From: Candidatus Falkowbacteria bacterium
GTDB lineage: Bacteria; Patescibacteriota; Patescibacteriia; UBA11705; JABHMO01
Length of the DNA: 53,003 bases
NCBI GenBank assembly: GCA_018693855.1
Contig: JABHMO010000006.1
Span: 1-53,003 of the forward strand
Direction: 5' to 3'
The notes under the pieces were generated by a model. It saw nothing but the letters and a program-made list of their open reading frames with translations, made no database searches and had not been told where the DNA came from. The position numbers and the translations under genes were made by a program. Within the stretch, counting starts at the first letter, position 1, and every line of letters starts with the position of its first letter. Shown in pieces: positions 7,116-16,003 of the stretch.

Positions 7116-9839
7116 TTAGACCACAATACTTAACAGCTTTCCTTTAACGTAAATAATCTTCTTCGATTCTTTTCCTTCCAAAAACTTTTGAACCTTTTCA
7201 CTAGCTAGGGCTAGTTTTTTTACTTCTGCTTCAGCAATCTCGGGTTCTACTTGAATTTTATCACGGACTTTACCGTTTACTTGGATCACTAATTGAATTG
7301 TGTCAACTTGAATCTGAGACTCATCATACTCTGGCCACTTTGATAAAAAGATTGATTCGTCTTTTCCAGATTTCACCCAGAGTTCTTCTGCTAGATGAGG
7401 AGCGAATGGACTTAGAACTTTCAAAAAGTTTTGAAATATCTCTTTTGAGCAACCTATTTCAACTATTTTATTTACAAAAATCATCATGGCACTCACGGCT
7501 GTGTTGAATCTTAAATTCTCAACATCATTTGTGACTTTTTTCACCATTTGGTGATAAACTGTCTTTGCTTCTTTGCTGTCACCATCTTGCCATTTATCAA
7601 ACTTAAATATTTTTTCTAAAAATTTTCTCGTTCCTCGCAAACCATTCGTATCCCAATTTACAGCCTGATCAAACGGTCCCATAAACATCTCATACACACG
7701 CAGACTATCAGCGCCATACTCGTCAATAATATCATCTGGATTAATAACATTCCCCCATCGTTTACTCATCTTTCTTCCATCTTCAGCCATGATTAATCCA
7801 ACGTTTTGCAATCGTGTAAATGGCTCTTGATAGTTAACAGCGCCTATATCAAACAAAAATTTATGCCAAAATCTAGAATAAATCAAATGTCTTGTCGCAT
7901 GCTCAGCTCCGCCAACATAAAAATCAACAGGAGACCAATACTTTTCCTTTTCATAATCAACTAATGCATCTTTATTATCAGGATCAATATATCGTAAATA
8001 GTACCAGTTTGAACCTGCCCATTGCGGCATCGTATTAGTTTCTCGCTTAGCATCAACTCCACATTTTGGACATTGTGTATTTACCCAATCATCTATTCCA
8101 GCCAATGGTGACTCACCTGTTCCACTTGGTTCATAGTTCTTAACCTCAGGCAGAACAACTGGTAAATCTTTTTCATCAACAGGAACTGCGCCACACTTCG
8201 GACAGTGAACGATTGGAATTGGTTCGCCCCAGTACCGCTGTCGAGAAAAAACCCAATCTTGAAGACGATAAGTGACAGCTTTTTCACCAATCCCCTCTTT
8301 TTCTAACCAATCAATTATCTTTTTAATAGCTTCTTTTGGTTTTTGTCCATCAAATTGCTGTGAATTAATCATTGTTCCATTATCAATATCAGTAAAAGCT
8401 TCTAAAACTATATCCAACTGATCTTTAGGTATACTTAATGAAATACCATATTTTTTGAATTCTTCAAATGATTTTTTATCTTTGATACTAAAAGTTTTTC
8501 CTGAGAATATAGCGTGATCAGTTGTTCCCATACTATCGGTATACCACGCACCACCATCATCAGAAGATTCCAGCAAGTTATCTTCCATAAATTTCATGAA
8601 TTCAGGCTCTTTATCTAACTCAACTTCAACACGATAAAAACCACCCCAATCTTTATCTATTTTTTCGACGTTGACCTTGCCGTACTTTTGTAGATCCTTT
8701 ACCAAACTTTGCGGTAAACTTTTCTCAATAACTAAATAACTAGCTTTATCAGGTAAGACAACCGGGACTATATCTAATTTATACTTTTTCGCAAAATCAT
8801 AATCACGTTGATCATGTGCCGGCACAGCCATAATTGCACCTGTTCCGTAACTTGCCAGAACATAATCAGCAATCCAGATTGGAATCTCTTTTTTATTAAC
8901 AGGATTTATTGCATAAGCGCCTGTAAAAACGCCTGATTTATCTTTTTGTAATTCAGTTCGTTCAAGATCACTTTTTTTACTTGCTTCTTCTTGATATTTA
9001 ATCATCGCAGCTTCATTTTCCTTAGTTGTTATCTTATTAACAAGCTCATGTTCAGGTGACAACACCATAAACGTCGCACCAAAAAGTGTATCAGGCCGAG
9101 TTGTAAAAACTTCAATTTCTGATTTCCAATTTCTAACTTCAAACTTCACCTTGGCTCCCTCACTTCGCCCAATCCAATTCTTCTGCATCTCTCGAATAGA
9201 ATCTGGCCATTTATCAAGTGAATCTAAATCAAAAAGTAATCGATCTGCATAGTCTGTTATTTTCAAAACCCATTGTCGAAGTGGTTTTCGTTCAACATCA
9301 CTACCACATCGTTCACATTTCCCATCTTCTAAATCTTCCATGGCCAGTCCAGTTTGACAGCTCGGACACCAAATGATGGGTTCGTCAGATTCATAAGCCA
9401 ATCCTTTCTTAAACATTTGAATAAACGCCCATTGTGTCCACTTATAATAATCAGGATCAGTTGTATTTACTTCTCTACTCCAATCGTGTGTAAAACCGAT
9501 TCTGCCAAGTTGTTTTTTGAATACTTTGATATTTTTTTCAACAGCCACTCTAGGATGAACCTTATTCTTTATTGCATAATTCTCAGCAGGCAAACCAAAA
9601 GCATCCCATCCCATTGGATGAAGTACGTTATAGCCTTGCATCATTTTCATTCGAGCAGTCACGTCAGTGGCTATATAACCTTTGGGGTGACCAACGTGAA
9701 GACCAGCCCCTGAAGGATAAGGGAACATGTCCAAAATATAATATTTCGGTTTATCTTGATCGTCACTTGTTTTATAAAGTTGATCTTTCTCCCATTTTTT
9801 CTGCCAGTTTGATTCTATTTTTTTGTGGTTGTAGCCCAT
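7116..9839 (-). CDS. leuS: Leucine--tRNA ligase
   Basis: Carries HVGHPKGY (HIGH), KMSKRWGN (KMSKS), TTRPDTLFG and GTGAIMAVPAHD editing-domain motifs. Confidence 0.97.
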   Translation of the reverse strand: MGYNHKKIESNWQKKWEKDQLYKTSDDQDKPKYYILDMFPYPSGAGLHVGHPKGYIATDVTARMKMMQGYNVLHPMGWDAFGLPAENYAIKNKVHPRVAVEKNIKVFKKQLGRIGFTHDWSREVNTTDPDYYKWTQWAFIQMFKKGLAYESDEPIIWCPSCQTGLAMEDLEDGKCERCGSDVERKPLRQWVLKITDYADRLLFDLDSLDKWPDSIREMQKNWIGRSEGAKVKFEVRNWKSEIEVFTTRPDTLFGATFMVLSPEHELVNKITTKENEAAMIKYQEEASKKSDLERTELQKDKSGVFTGAYAINPVNKKEIPIWIADYVLASYGTGAIMAVPAHDQRDYDFAKKYKLDIVPVVLPDKASYLVIEKSLPQSLVKDLQKYGKVNVEKIDKDWGGFYRVEVELDKEPEFMKFMEDNLLESSDDGGAWYTDSMGTTDHAIFSGKTFSIKDKKSFEEFKKYGISLSIPKDQLDIVLEAFTDIDNGTMINSQQFDGQKPKEAIKKIIDWLEKEGIGEKAVTYRLQDWVFSRQRYWGEPIPIVHCPKCGAVPVDEKDLPVVLPEVKNYEPSGTGESPLAGIDDWVNTQCPKCGVDAKRETNTMPQWAGSNWYYLRYIDPDNKDALVDYEKEKYWSPVDFYVGGAEHATRHLIYSRFWHKFLFDIGAVNYQEPFTRLQNVGLIMAEDGRKMSKRWGNVINPDDIIDEYGADSLRVYEMFMGPFDQAVNWDTNGLRGTRKFLEKIFKFDKWQDGDSKEAKTVYHQMVKKVTNDVENLRFNTAVSAMMIFVNKIVEIGCSKEIFQNFLKVLSPFAPHLAEELWVKSGKDESIFLSKWPEYDESQIQVDTIQLVIQVNGKVRDKIQVEPEIAEAEVKKLALASEKVQKFLEGKESKKIIYVKGKLLSIVV

Positions 9840-9841
9840 AT

Positions 9842-9912
9842 ATACTAATATGCGAATTATGCTAATGATACTAATATAATACTAATAATCGCGATACTAA
9901 TTAATAATAAGT
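9842..9912 (-). repeat. TACTAAT/GCGAAT-word array in the leuS leader
   Basis: Same word family as 38539..38579, 44707..44736 and 45148..45177. Confidence 0.7.
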
Positions 9913-9992
9913 TTGTACTTGTTTAGTTATATTTTATCTTAAATTCACCAATTTTGCAATACAAAAAGCTGATTGTAGAGAATCAGCTTTGT

Positions 9993-10601
9993 TTATAACA
10001 ACTTTGCTTTTATGGGTTCAAAACTTTTGCGGTGAATATCGCATGGGCCGAGCCATTCTAATTGATCTCGATGAAACTGTGTGCCGTACCCTTTGTGAGA
10101 CTCAAATCCGTACTCAGGATACTTCTTAGCAAAAGCGTCCATCATGCGATCGCGGAAGACTTTTGCGACTATTGAAGCAGCGGCAATTGAGGCAACTTTT
10201 TTATCACCGCTTTTTATTAATTCATAAGGAGTCTCAAAAACTAGCTTAGCCATGTAATCTGATAAAATAAAGTTCGGTTTTAATGAGAGATATTTCCAAG
10301 CTCGTTTCATAGCTATTTTGTTCGCATAACTCAATCCATGCTTATCAATTTCATAACTACTGGCTGCGCCAATTGACCAAGATTTTGCTTTACATAAGAT
10401 CATTGGCAAGATAGCTTTTCGATGTTTCTCAGAAACTAACTTGGAATCATTTAACAATCCAAACAACTCCGTATTCAAAGGATCCAAAACAACCGCAGCA
10501 GAAACAAGCGGCCCTGCAAACGGACCTCTTCCAGCTTCATCAATCCCGCAGATAAATTCGTATCCTTGATTGATTAAGTTTTGTTCGTAGTCGTAATTCA
10601 T
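9993..10601 (-). CDS. rnhB: Ribonuclease HII
   Basis: Contains GIDEAGRGPFAGPLVSAAV and the length (about 200 aa) fits. Confidence 0.92.
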   Translation of the reverse strand: MNYDYEQNLINQGYEFICGIDEAGRGPFAGPLVSAAVVLDPLNTELFGLLNDSKLVSEKHRKAILPMILCKAKSWSIGAASSYEIDKHGLSYANKIAMKRAWKYLSLKPNFILSDYMAKLVFETPYELIKSGDKKVASIAAASIVAKVFRDRMMDAFAKKYPEYGFESHKGYGTQFHRDQLEWLGPCDIHRKSFEPIKAKLL

Positions 10602-10649
10602 AAATATCTAATTCAACTATTAGGGATTGAATCAATTTGGGCACTAACT

Positions 10650-10734
10650 GGATTCCTGCCTCCGCAGGAATGACGCCTTATAGTAATAAGTCAAAACACC
10701 TACCCATTCGTCACTCCTGCGGAGGCAGGAGTCC
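10650..10734. repeat. REP-like element: 26-nt inverted arms, each containing a CCTGC-N4-GCAGG hairpin
   Basis: GGATTCCTGCCTCCGCAGGAATGACG is nearly identical to the reverse complement of 10709..10734, with 2 mismatches. Confidence 0.8.
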
Positions 10735-10758
10735 AAGCGATTAACCAATCACAATAAA

Positions 10759-11340
10759 TTAATTACCTTGAGGTGGATTGTCAAATGTAATCCTAGGAGT
10801 TCTATTATTAATTACATCTGGTAAAATACCGAGTTTTAGTTCGTAAATCACGTCAGCTGCACCAAAGATTGCTTTACTGAAATCAAATCCTAATAGATCT
10901 GAAACTTTTTTTACCTTGTCTTCACTGTCAGACTCAACTTCAACGTAAGGATCAAGTCCTGGCCAAGTATCAATGGCGATTTCAACGTCATCATAGTGCC
11001 ACATCTCTCGTTTTGTTTCCTGAAAAGATTTTCGTTTTGCACCAATCGTTTCCAAAAACTGACAACCTTGATCAAAATCGTCAATATTAAAACATATCTC
11101 TTTTTGATCTTCTATTTTCTCACCATTTACAACTTTCAAACTCATTGTAATCTTGTCCCCCTCATCACGAACACGCATCCAACCACCTTTAATATCTTTC
11201 GGAGGAAAGAAAACGACCCGAGTCATCAGTCTTTCGGGGTAAATAAGTTTTGCTCCAATTGATTTTAGTTTTTTGCGAACCTCATCGACATCAATGTCGA
11301 TGAATGTAGCTTCGAATTCGGTCATCATAATTTTATGCAT
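10759..11340 (-). CDS. CYTH-domain protein (CyaB/ThTPase-like)
   Basis: N-terminal EFEATF (ExExK-like) motif and a length of 193 aa. Confidence 0.7.
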   Translation of the reverse strand: MHKIMMTEFEATFIDIDVDEVRKKLKSIGAKLIYPERLMTRVVFFPPKDIKGGWMRVRDEGDKITMSLKVVNGEKIEDQKEICFNIDDFDQGCQFLETIGAKRKSFQETKREMWHYDDVEIAIDTWPGLDPYVEVESDSEDKVKKVSDLLGFDFSKAIFGAADVIYELKLGILPDVINNRTPRITFDNPPQGN

Positions 11341-11411
11341 TTTTAGACAGCACCGGAGAAAGCGGTTTCTCCGGTACTAGATTAATCTTAGCATAAAAAT
11401 TATTGCGAATC

Positions 11412-11437
11412 AAAAAGGCTCCGCAAGCGGAGCCTTT
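11412..11437 (-). terminator. Intrinsic terminator after the SWIB gene
   Basis: AAAGGCTCCGC/GCGGAGCCTTT followed by a T-run on the minus strand. Confidence 0.7.
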
Positions 11438-11452
11438 CTATATCAACTAGTA

Positions 11453-11713
11453 TTAAGCGTCTTTAACGTGTTTTGAAACGATTTTTGCCATTTCGAACAT
11501 GTTTACTTTTGGTTTTCCGAAAAAAGCTTTTAACTTATCATCACCAATAATATCTCTTTTGTTGTTTGGATCCTGTAAGTCATTTTTCTTAATGTAAACC
11601 CAAAGTTGTTTTACGATCTCTGGTCTTGACATTGGACCTTTTCCAACGACAGCTTCTAATTCAGCAGAAAGTGCTAAAGGTTTCATTAGAGCTGGGTTTG
11701 CTTTTCTTGGCAT
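11453..11713 (-). CDS. SWIB/MDM2-domain protein
   Basis: Contains LSAELEAVVGKGPMSRPEIVKQLWVYIKKNDLQDPNNKRDI. I moved the start to MPRKANP; the first 15 track residues look like read-through of the leader. Confidence 0.75.
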   Translation of the reverse strand: MPRKANPALMKPLALSAELEAVVGKGPMSRPEIVKQLWVYIKKNDLQDPNNKRDIIGDDKLKAFFGKPKVNMFEMAKIVSKHVKDA

Positions 11714-11787
11714 AAATTTTAATAGAAGATAGAAAATAGACATTATGGTGAAAATCACCTTAATAAAAAGTTTCTAAATTCCTTACT

Positions 11788-13038
11788 TTATTTTTCTTGC
11801 TTGCTTATAGTATACCATAGATCTTGTAATCTTTCCAGAGCAAGCGCAAATGCGGCTGTTCTTAGATCTGTTTGTTTTTCTTCACTAATTTTCCAAACTT
11901 TGTTAAACGCAGGTACAATTAACTCTTTTAATTTTGATAAAACAACCTCTTCTTCCCAATAATCATTATCAACGTTCTGCTTCCATTCAAAATAACTAAC
12001 AGTTACACCACCAGAATTCGCCAATACGTCTGGAACGGATTTTACGCCATTTTTAGCTAATATAGCATCAGCTTCAGGAGTTACAGGACCATTTGCCAGC
12101 TCGATAATGTATTTTGCTTTAATCTTGTCTGCATTCTCTCCAGTAATCTGATTTTCAAGCGCTGCAGGAACAAGAACATCTACGTCTAATTCCAATAATT
12201 CCTCGTTAGAAACCGATTTTGAGCCTTCAAAACCACTCACAGAACCTGTGGATTGCTTATGTTCAAGCACTTTATTAATAGCTAAACCTTCTGAATTATA
12301 AATACCGCCTTTAGAGTCAGAAACCGCTACAACCTTGTACCCTTTTTCATAACAAAGTGACGCCATTACATTACCAGCATTCCCAAAACCTTGAATTGCA
12401 ACTGTTTCTAATTGCTTATTTGCTTTCTCGCTTTCTTGTTTTCTTATTTCTTCTAGGATAAAGAACCCACCCATCGCCGTCGCTCTATCTCTCCCTTTAC
12501 TTCCACCATTATCCAAAGATTTTCCAGTTACAACAGCTAAATCTTTCTCACCTTTTACTTTTGCGTACTCGTCAACGATCCAATCCATAATCTGAGAAGT
12601 AGTGTACACATCAGGCGCAGGCACATCAATCTTTTGTCCAATATCATCAGCTAATTCCCGAGTAAATGATCGTGTTAATTTTTCTAATTCACTTTCACTC
12701 AACTCTTTTGGATTAACAGTTATTCCACCTTTACCTCCACCCATCGGAATACCAGCCACTGCACATTTTATCGTCATCCAAAATGACAAAGCTTTCACTT
12801 CGTCCAAATCAACTGATGGGTAAAATCTCAATCCACCTTTATATGGTCCGGCCCAATTATTATACTGCACTCGATAACCTTCAAATACTTTTGATTCTCC
12901 ATTATCCATTTCAACCGGAACTTTCATCTGAATTATTTTATCCGGCTTTTTTAATCGTTCAAAAACGTCGTTGTTTAAATCAACGACTTTCGCAGCTTTT
13001 TCTAGCTGTTGCATTGCATTTTCAAAAGGGTTGTTCAT
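11788..13038 (-). CDS. gdhA: Glu/Leu/Phe/Val dehydrogenase (probable glutamate dehydrogenase)
   Basis: Contains PYKGGLRF, GGGKGG and the GFGNAG Rossmann motif. Confidence 0.9.
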   Translation of the reverse strand: MNNPFENAMQQLEKAAKVVDLNNDVFERLKKPDKIIQMKVPVEMDNGESKVFEGYRVQYNNWAGPYKGGLRFYPSVDLDEVKALSFWMTIKCAVAGIPMGGGKGGITVNPKELSESELEKLTRSFTRELADDIGQKIDVPAPDVYTTSQIMDWIVDEYAKVKGEKDLAVVTGKSLDNGGSKGRDRATAMGGFFILEEIRKQESEKANKQLETVAIQGFGNAGNVMASLCYEKGYKVVAVSDSKGGIYNSEGLAINKVLEHKQSTGSVSGFEGSKSVSNEELLELDVDVLVPAALENQITGENADKIKAKYIIELANGPVTPEADAILAKNGVKSVPDVLANSGGVTVSYFEWKQNVDNDYWEEEVVLSKLKELIVPAFNKVWKISEEKQTDLRTAAFALALERLQDLWYTISKQEK

Positions 13039-13046
13039 AATTTTGT

Positions 13047-13085
13047 GGTACGGATGTACAGATCTGCATAGAGATTGTACAGATT
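13047..13085 (-). repeat. CTGTACA-word leader repeat, gdh copy
   Basis: The reverse complement AATCTGTACAATCTCTATGCAGATCTGTACATCCGTACC matches 39869..39908. Confidence 0.8.
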
Positions 13086-13114
13086 AAGTAGAATGATTAA
13101 CTATAAAAATAGGA

Positions 13115-13143
13115 TTGACAAAAAGATAAATTTTAATTAAAAT
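13115..13143 (+). promoter_or_regulatory. TTGACA-N17-TAAAAT promoter (76-aa membrane protein)
   Basis: Read directly from the sequence. Confidence 0.55.
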
Positions 13144-13177
13144 AAGACAATATTGTATACAGCAAAGGAGGGATACC

Positions 13178-13408
13178 ATGGCTGTTTGTAGAATTTTGGG
13201 AGGAATCTTTTTTGGTTTTTTACCGGCTTACCTAATAATGACAGTCAACGAAAACTGCCTAGAAAATCTATCCAAGACATACATTGCAATATACATTTTC
13301 ATTCTAATTGGAATTTTTCTAACAATCGCAGGGATACTTTCATTGCTGCAAAACAAACTTCCCGCAAAATATTTTTACCGTAGGAAGTTCAAAATCCCAC
13401 AACTCTAA
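13178..13408 (+). CDS. Small two-TM membrane protein (76 aa)
   Basis: Has an AAAGGAGGGAT SD, the promoter at 13115..13143 and the terminator at 13418..13449. Confidence 0.65.
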   Translation: MAVCRILGGIFFGFLPAYLIMTVNENCLENLSKTYIAIYIFILIGIFLTIAGILSLLQNKLPAKYFYRRKFKIPQL

Positions 13409-13498
13409 ATAGATCTCAACGGTCCACCTCACTAGGTTTGACCGTTTTTCAATACTCAAAATATACCTAATTACGATTTCCTAATCCCAATTTACTAA

Positions 13499-14464
13499 TT
13501 ATTTTTTCCGTCGATTAAAGTCTGTGAGTTGAGCTGCCTTACCTCGCTGTTTTTGAATATATGAATAAGCACTCAATGCTGCTTTTGCACCTTCTCCAGC
13601 TGAAATCACGATCTGTTTGTATGGAGTATCAGTCACGTCACCTGCTGCAAAAAGTCCTTCAGTTGAAGTCTGGCTAATATTATCAATCTTCACATAACCA
13701 CCATCACTAAGATCAACTAATCCATCAACAAATGCAGTTTGAGTTTTCCAACCAATCTCGACAAAAACTGCGTCTAGATCAATTTCTTTTTCTTCTTTAG
13801 TTTCATTATTAATAATTTTCACACCTTCAACTTTTTGTTCACCAACAATCTCTTTCACTTCTGTGAAATTCATTATCTCAACGTTCTTTTTAGCTTTGAC
13901 TGCATCGATTAAAACTTTCTCTGCTCGATACTCTTTCTCCCCTTTTCGGACAAAAAGATAAACTTTCTCGCAGATGTCAGATAAATAATCGACTGCATCA
14001 AAAGCACTATTACCTCCGCCAACTACGCTAACTACTTTCTTCTTAAATAAAGGTCCATCACAAGTTGCGCAATAAGCAACACCTCTTCCCGTTAACTCAC
14101 CTTCACCTTTCACACCAATCTTTCTCTGCTCCAATCCAAAAGCCAAAATAACGGCTTTTGCTTCGTATTCTGAATCAGTTGTTTTGACAATAAACAGATC
14201 ACCTTGCTTTTCAACTTTTGTAACTTCTCCCATCTTAATTTCAGTCCCACTATCAACAGCCTGTTTTCTAAATTTCTCCATCAAGGCAGGTCCTGTAATA
14301 GGTTCTCCAGTTCCGGGATAGTTTTCTACTTCAGTAGTGATCACAACCTGACCTCCGATATTTTTTGTTAATATCAAAGTTTTCAAAGCTCTTCGGCTTG
14401 AATATAGTCCAGCGGTTAAGCCTGCGCAGGCGCCGCCGATTATTATTACGTCATAATTTGTCAT
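13499..14464 (-). CDS. trxB: Thioredoxin-disulfide reductase
   Basis: Contains the [13 protein letters not shown] motif and the CATCDG redox centre. Confidence 0.95.
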   Translation of the reverse strand: MTNYDVIIIGGACAGLTAGLYSSRRALKTLILTKNIGGQVVITTEVENYPGTGEPITGPALMEKFRKQAVDSGTEIKMGEVTKVEKQGDLFIVKTTDSEYEAKAVILAFGLEQRKIGVKGEGELTGRGVAYCATCDGPLFKKKVVSVVGGGNSAFDAVDYLSDICEKVYLFVRKGEKEYRAEKVLIDAVKAKKNVEIMNFTEVKEIVGEQKVEGVKIINNETKEEKEIDLDAVFVEIGWKTQTAFVDGLVDLSDGGYVKIDNISQTSTEGLFAAGDVTDTPYKQIVISAGEGAKAALSAYSYIQKQRGKAAQLTDFNRRKK

Positions 14465-14668
14465 AAGTCGCAGTTAATCGAACTAATCACAGTTAACCAG
14501 TTAATCAGACTACGCTAGCAGCTACGTCCGACAGGTCAGTTAACCGGTTAATCAAGTTAATCGAGTTAATTAAGTTAACCAAATTAATCTAACCAATTAA
14601 ATCAATCCTTAATTCAGTTCATCACAACTGGCTAAATTTACTATATTTACTACATTCACTATATTTAC
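14465..14668. repeat. Spacer of about 200 nt made entirely of GTTAATC-type then TTTACTA-type words
   Basis: Read directly from the trxB-trxA spacer. Confidence 0.75.
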
Positions 14669-14986
14669 CTACAAGTAACTCTCAAGTTTCTCTTTCAAAA
14701 CCTCTTTATTCTGTACGCCGACTAGAGTTTCTTTCACTTCACCGTTCTTGAAGATGATAAGTGTTGGCATGCTCATTACACCATACTTTTGAGTTGTTTC
14801 TGGGCTTTGGTCTACATCAAGTTTACCGACTTTAATTTTTTTGTCAGCTAACTCTTTACCAAGTTCTTCAATTGTAGGAGCTAACATTTGGCAAGGACCA
14901 CACCAAACAGCAAAAAAGTCTACTAAAACTGGGCCGTCTTTATAATCAACAACCTCAGCATTAAAATTTGAATCGTTTAATTCCAT
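14669..14986 (-). CDS. trxA: Thioredoxin
   Basis: Contains WCGPC. The start is placed at MELNDSNF; the track extension MASFASYSLLCDS is translation of the repeat leader. Confidence 0.93.
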   Translation of the reverse strand: MELNDSNFNAEVVDYKDGPVLVDFFAVWCGPCQMLAPTIEELGKELADKKIKVGKLDVDQSPETTQKYGVMSMPTLIIFKNGEVKETLVGVQNKEVLKEKLESYL

Positions 14987-15040
14987 AGAATCGCAAAGGA
15001 GGCTATAGGAGGCGAAGGAGGCCATAAAGGAGGCTAGACT
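14987..15040 (-). repeat. Family-1 leader repeat (TAGCCTCCT words ending GCGATTCT-ATG), trxA copy
   Basis: Shared with copies at 18153..18207, 33552..33603 and 51180..51231. Confidence 0.85.
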
Positions 15041-15079
15041 TTGCCATCTTAAACCATAATAATTAAATGTTTATACTTT

Positions 15080-15235
15080 TCACTTTACACTTTGACCTTT
15101 ATCCTGATGTTCTAACCAAAATCGAAGGACATGGCGAATGAATTCGCTTTTGTTTTCGAATTTGTGTTTTTTCATCTGTTTTTCTACTTCAGAGCAAAGC
15201 TCTTTTGGTAGAGATAGGGTTACTACACATCTCAT
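15080..15235 (-). CDS. Ribbon-helix-helix (CopG-like) protein, 51 aa; below the track length cut-off
   Basis: Manual translation gives MRCVVTLSLPKELCSEVEKQMKKHKFENKSEFIRHVLRFWLEHQDKGQSVK. It has its own TTGACA-N17-TACAAT promoter at 15282..15310. Confidence 0.6.
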   Translation of the reverse strand: MRCVVTLSLPKELCSEVEKQMKKHKFENKSEFIRHVLRFWLEHQDKGQSVK

Positions 15236-15281
15236 AGTTTATTCAATTTAATACTTTTTAGCAAATTATTCTGTGTAATAC

Positions 15282-15310
15282 ATTGTAATACACCCGTAAA
15301 TATCTGTCAA
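15282..15310 (-). promoter_or_regulatory. TTGACA-N17-TACAAT promoter (RHH gene, possibly also trxA)
   Basis: Read directly from the sequence. Confidence 0.55.
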
Positions 15311-15312
15311 TT

Positions 15313-15339
15313 CAAAAACGAGGCCCTATGAGACCTCGG
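15313..15339 (-). terminator. Intrinsic terminator after the 197-aa orphan
   Basis: CGAGG/CCTCG hairpin followed by TTTTTG. Confidence 0.55.
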
Positions 15340-15933
15340 TTATCGCTGCGCGATATTTGCAAATTTTATCATTCTCCACATATCTCCCCGCTGTTTCTTT
15401 TTTTCATCAATTTCATCCTGCAAAGAAGCCCTATGAGCTTTTAACTCTCGCTCAATCTTCCCTATCTCCTGAGTCGTCAGCAACTGAACAAGGAGACCGT
15501 CTAATGAGTTAACATCTTTATGAAAGAGCAAACGACCACGCCTAATTGCCGTTTTAATACGATTAACAAACCATCTCGGTCCTGTATGGAGTGACTGAAT
15601 AGACAAAATCCTTTCCTCATGTACATATCTAACAGGACTATCTTCATCAGAGTTAAACCTTTTAACAACCTCTAGCTCAACCTTGATGGTGAGACGCCGA
15701 TCCCGTACACCAAGCGGGTGCGGTAAAATCAAACTTTCATTTTTCTCCGGATCCACAAGTGCAATTGAAAGAATTCTTGCGTAGGTGCCCCACGTTGCTA
15801 AAATAGCTCCTCTTTTTGGTTCAACATCAAGAAACTCCACAGCTGCGATCTTCACCCAACGCCACCGAAACCTATCTTTAATTCTTTTTAAAAGCTCCAA
15901 CTGCAATGCCAGCTTATCAGTGTCTTTCGTCAT
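15340..15933 (-). CDS. Orphan protein (197 aa), G+C-richer
   Basis: The track start at 16005 overlaps the -10 hexamer of its own promoter, so I use ATG 15933, which is preceded by GAGGGAAG. The terminator is at 15313..15339. Confidence 0.6.
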   Translation of the reverse strand: MTKDTDKLALQLELLKRIKDRFRWRWVKIAAVEFLDVEPKRGAILATWGTYARILSIALVDPEKNESLILPHPLGVRDRRLTIKVELEVVKRFNSDEDSPVRYVHEERILSIQSLHTGPRWFVNRIKTAIRRGRLLFHKDVNSLDGLLVQLLTTQEIGKIERELKAHRASLQDEIDEKKKQRGDMWRMIKFANIAQR

Positions 15934-16003
15934 TATTCTTCCCTCATTGTTGTGGAGAACCATATCGAATCGATACCTTATCTTACTATATAATCGATTT
16001 TTC

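Noticed and set aside
14465-14668. CRISPR array, because of the regular short repeats.
   Set aside because: The units are only 8-11 nt, degenerate, contiguous and without unique spacers. No cas genes are in the window.
14987-15025. N-terminal extensions in the ORF track: trxA MASFASYSLLCDS, rpsA from 39806, nrnA from 39939 equivalent at 33939, SWIB from 11758, and the 64-aa orphan from 43863.
   Set aside because: The extensions translate repeat leaders, promoters or spacers. Conserved family N-termini begin at the internal Met that I chose in each case.
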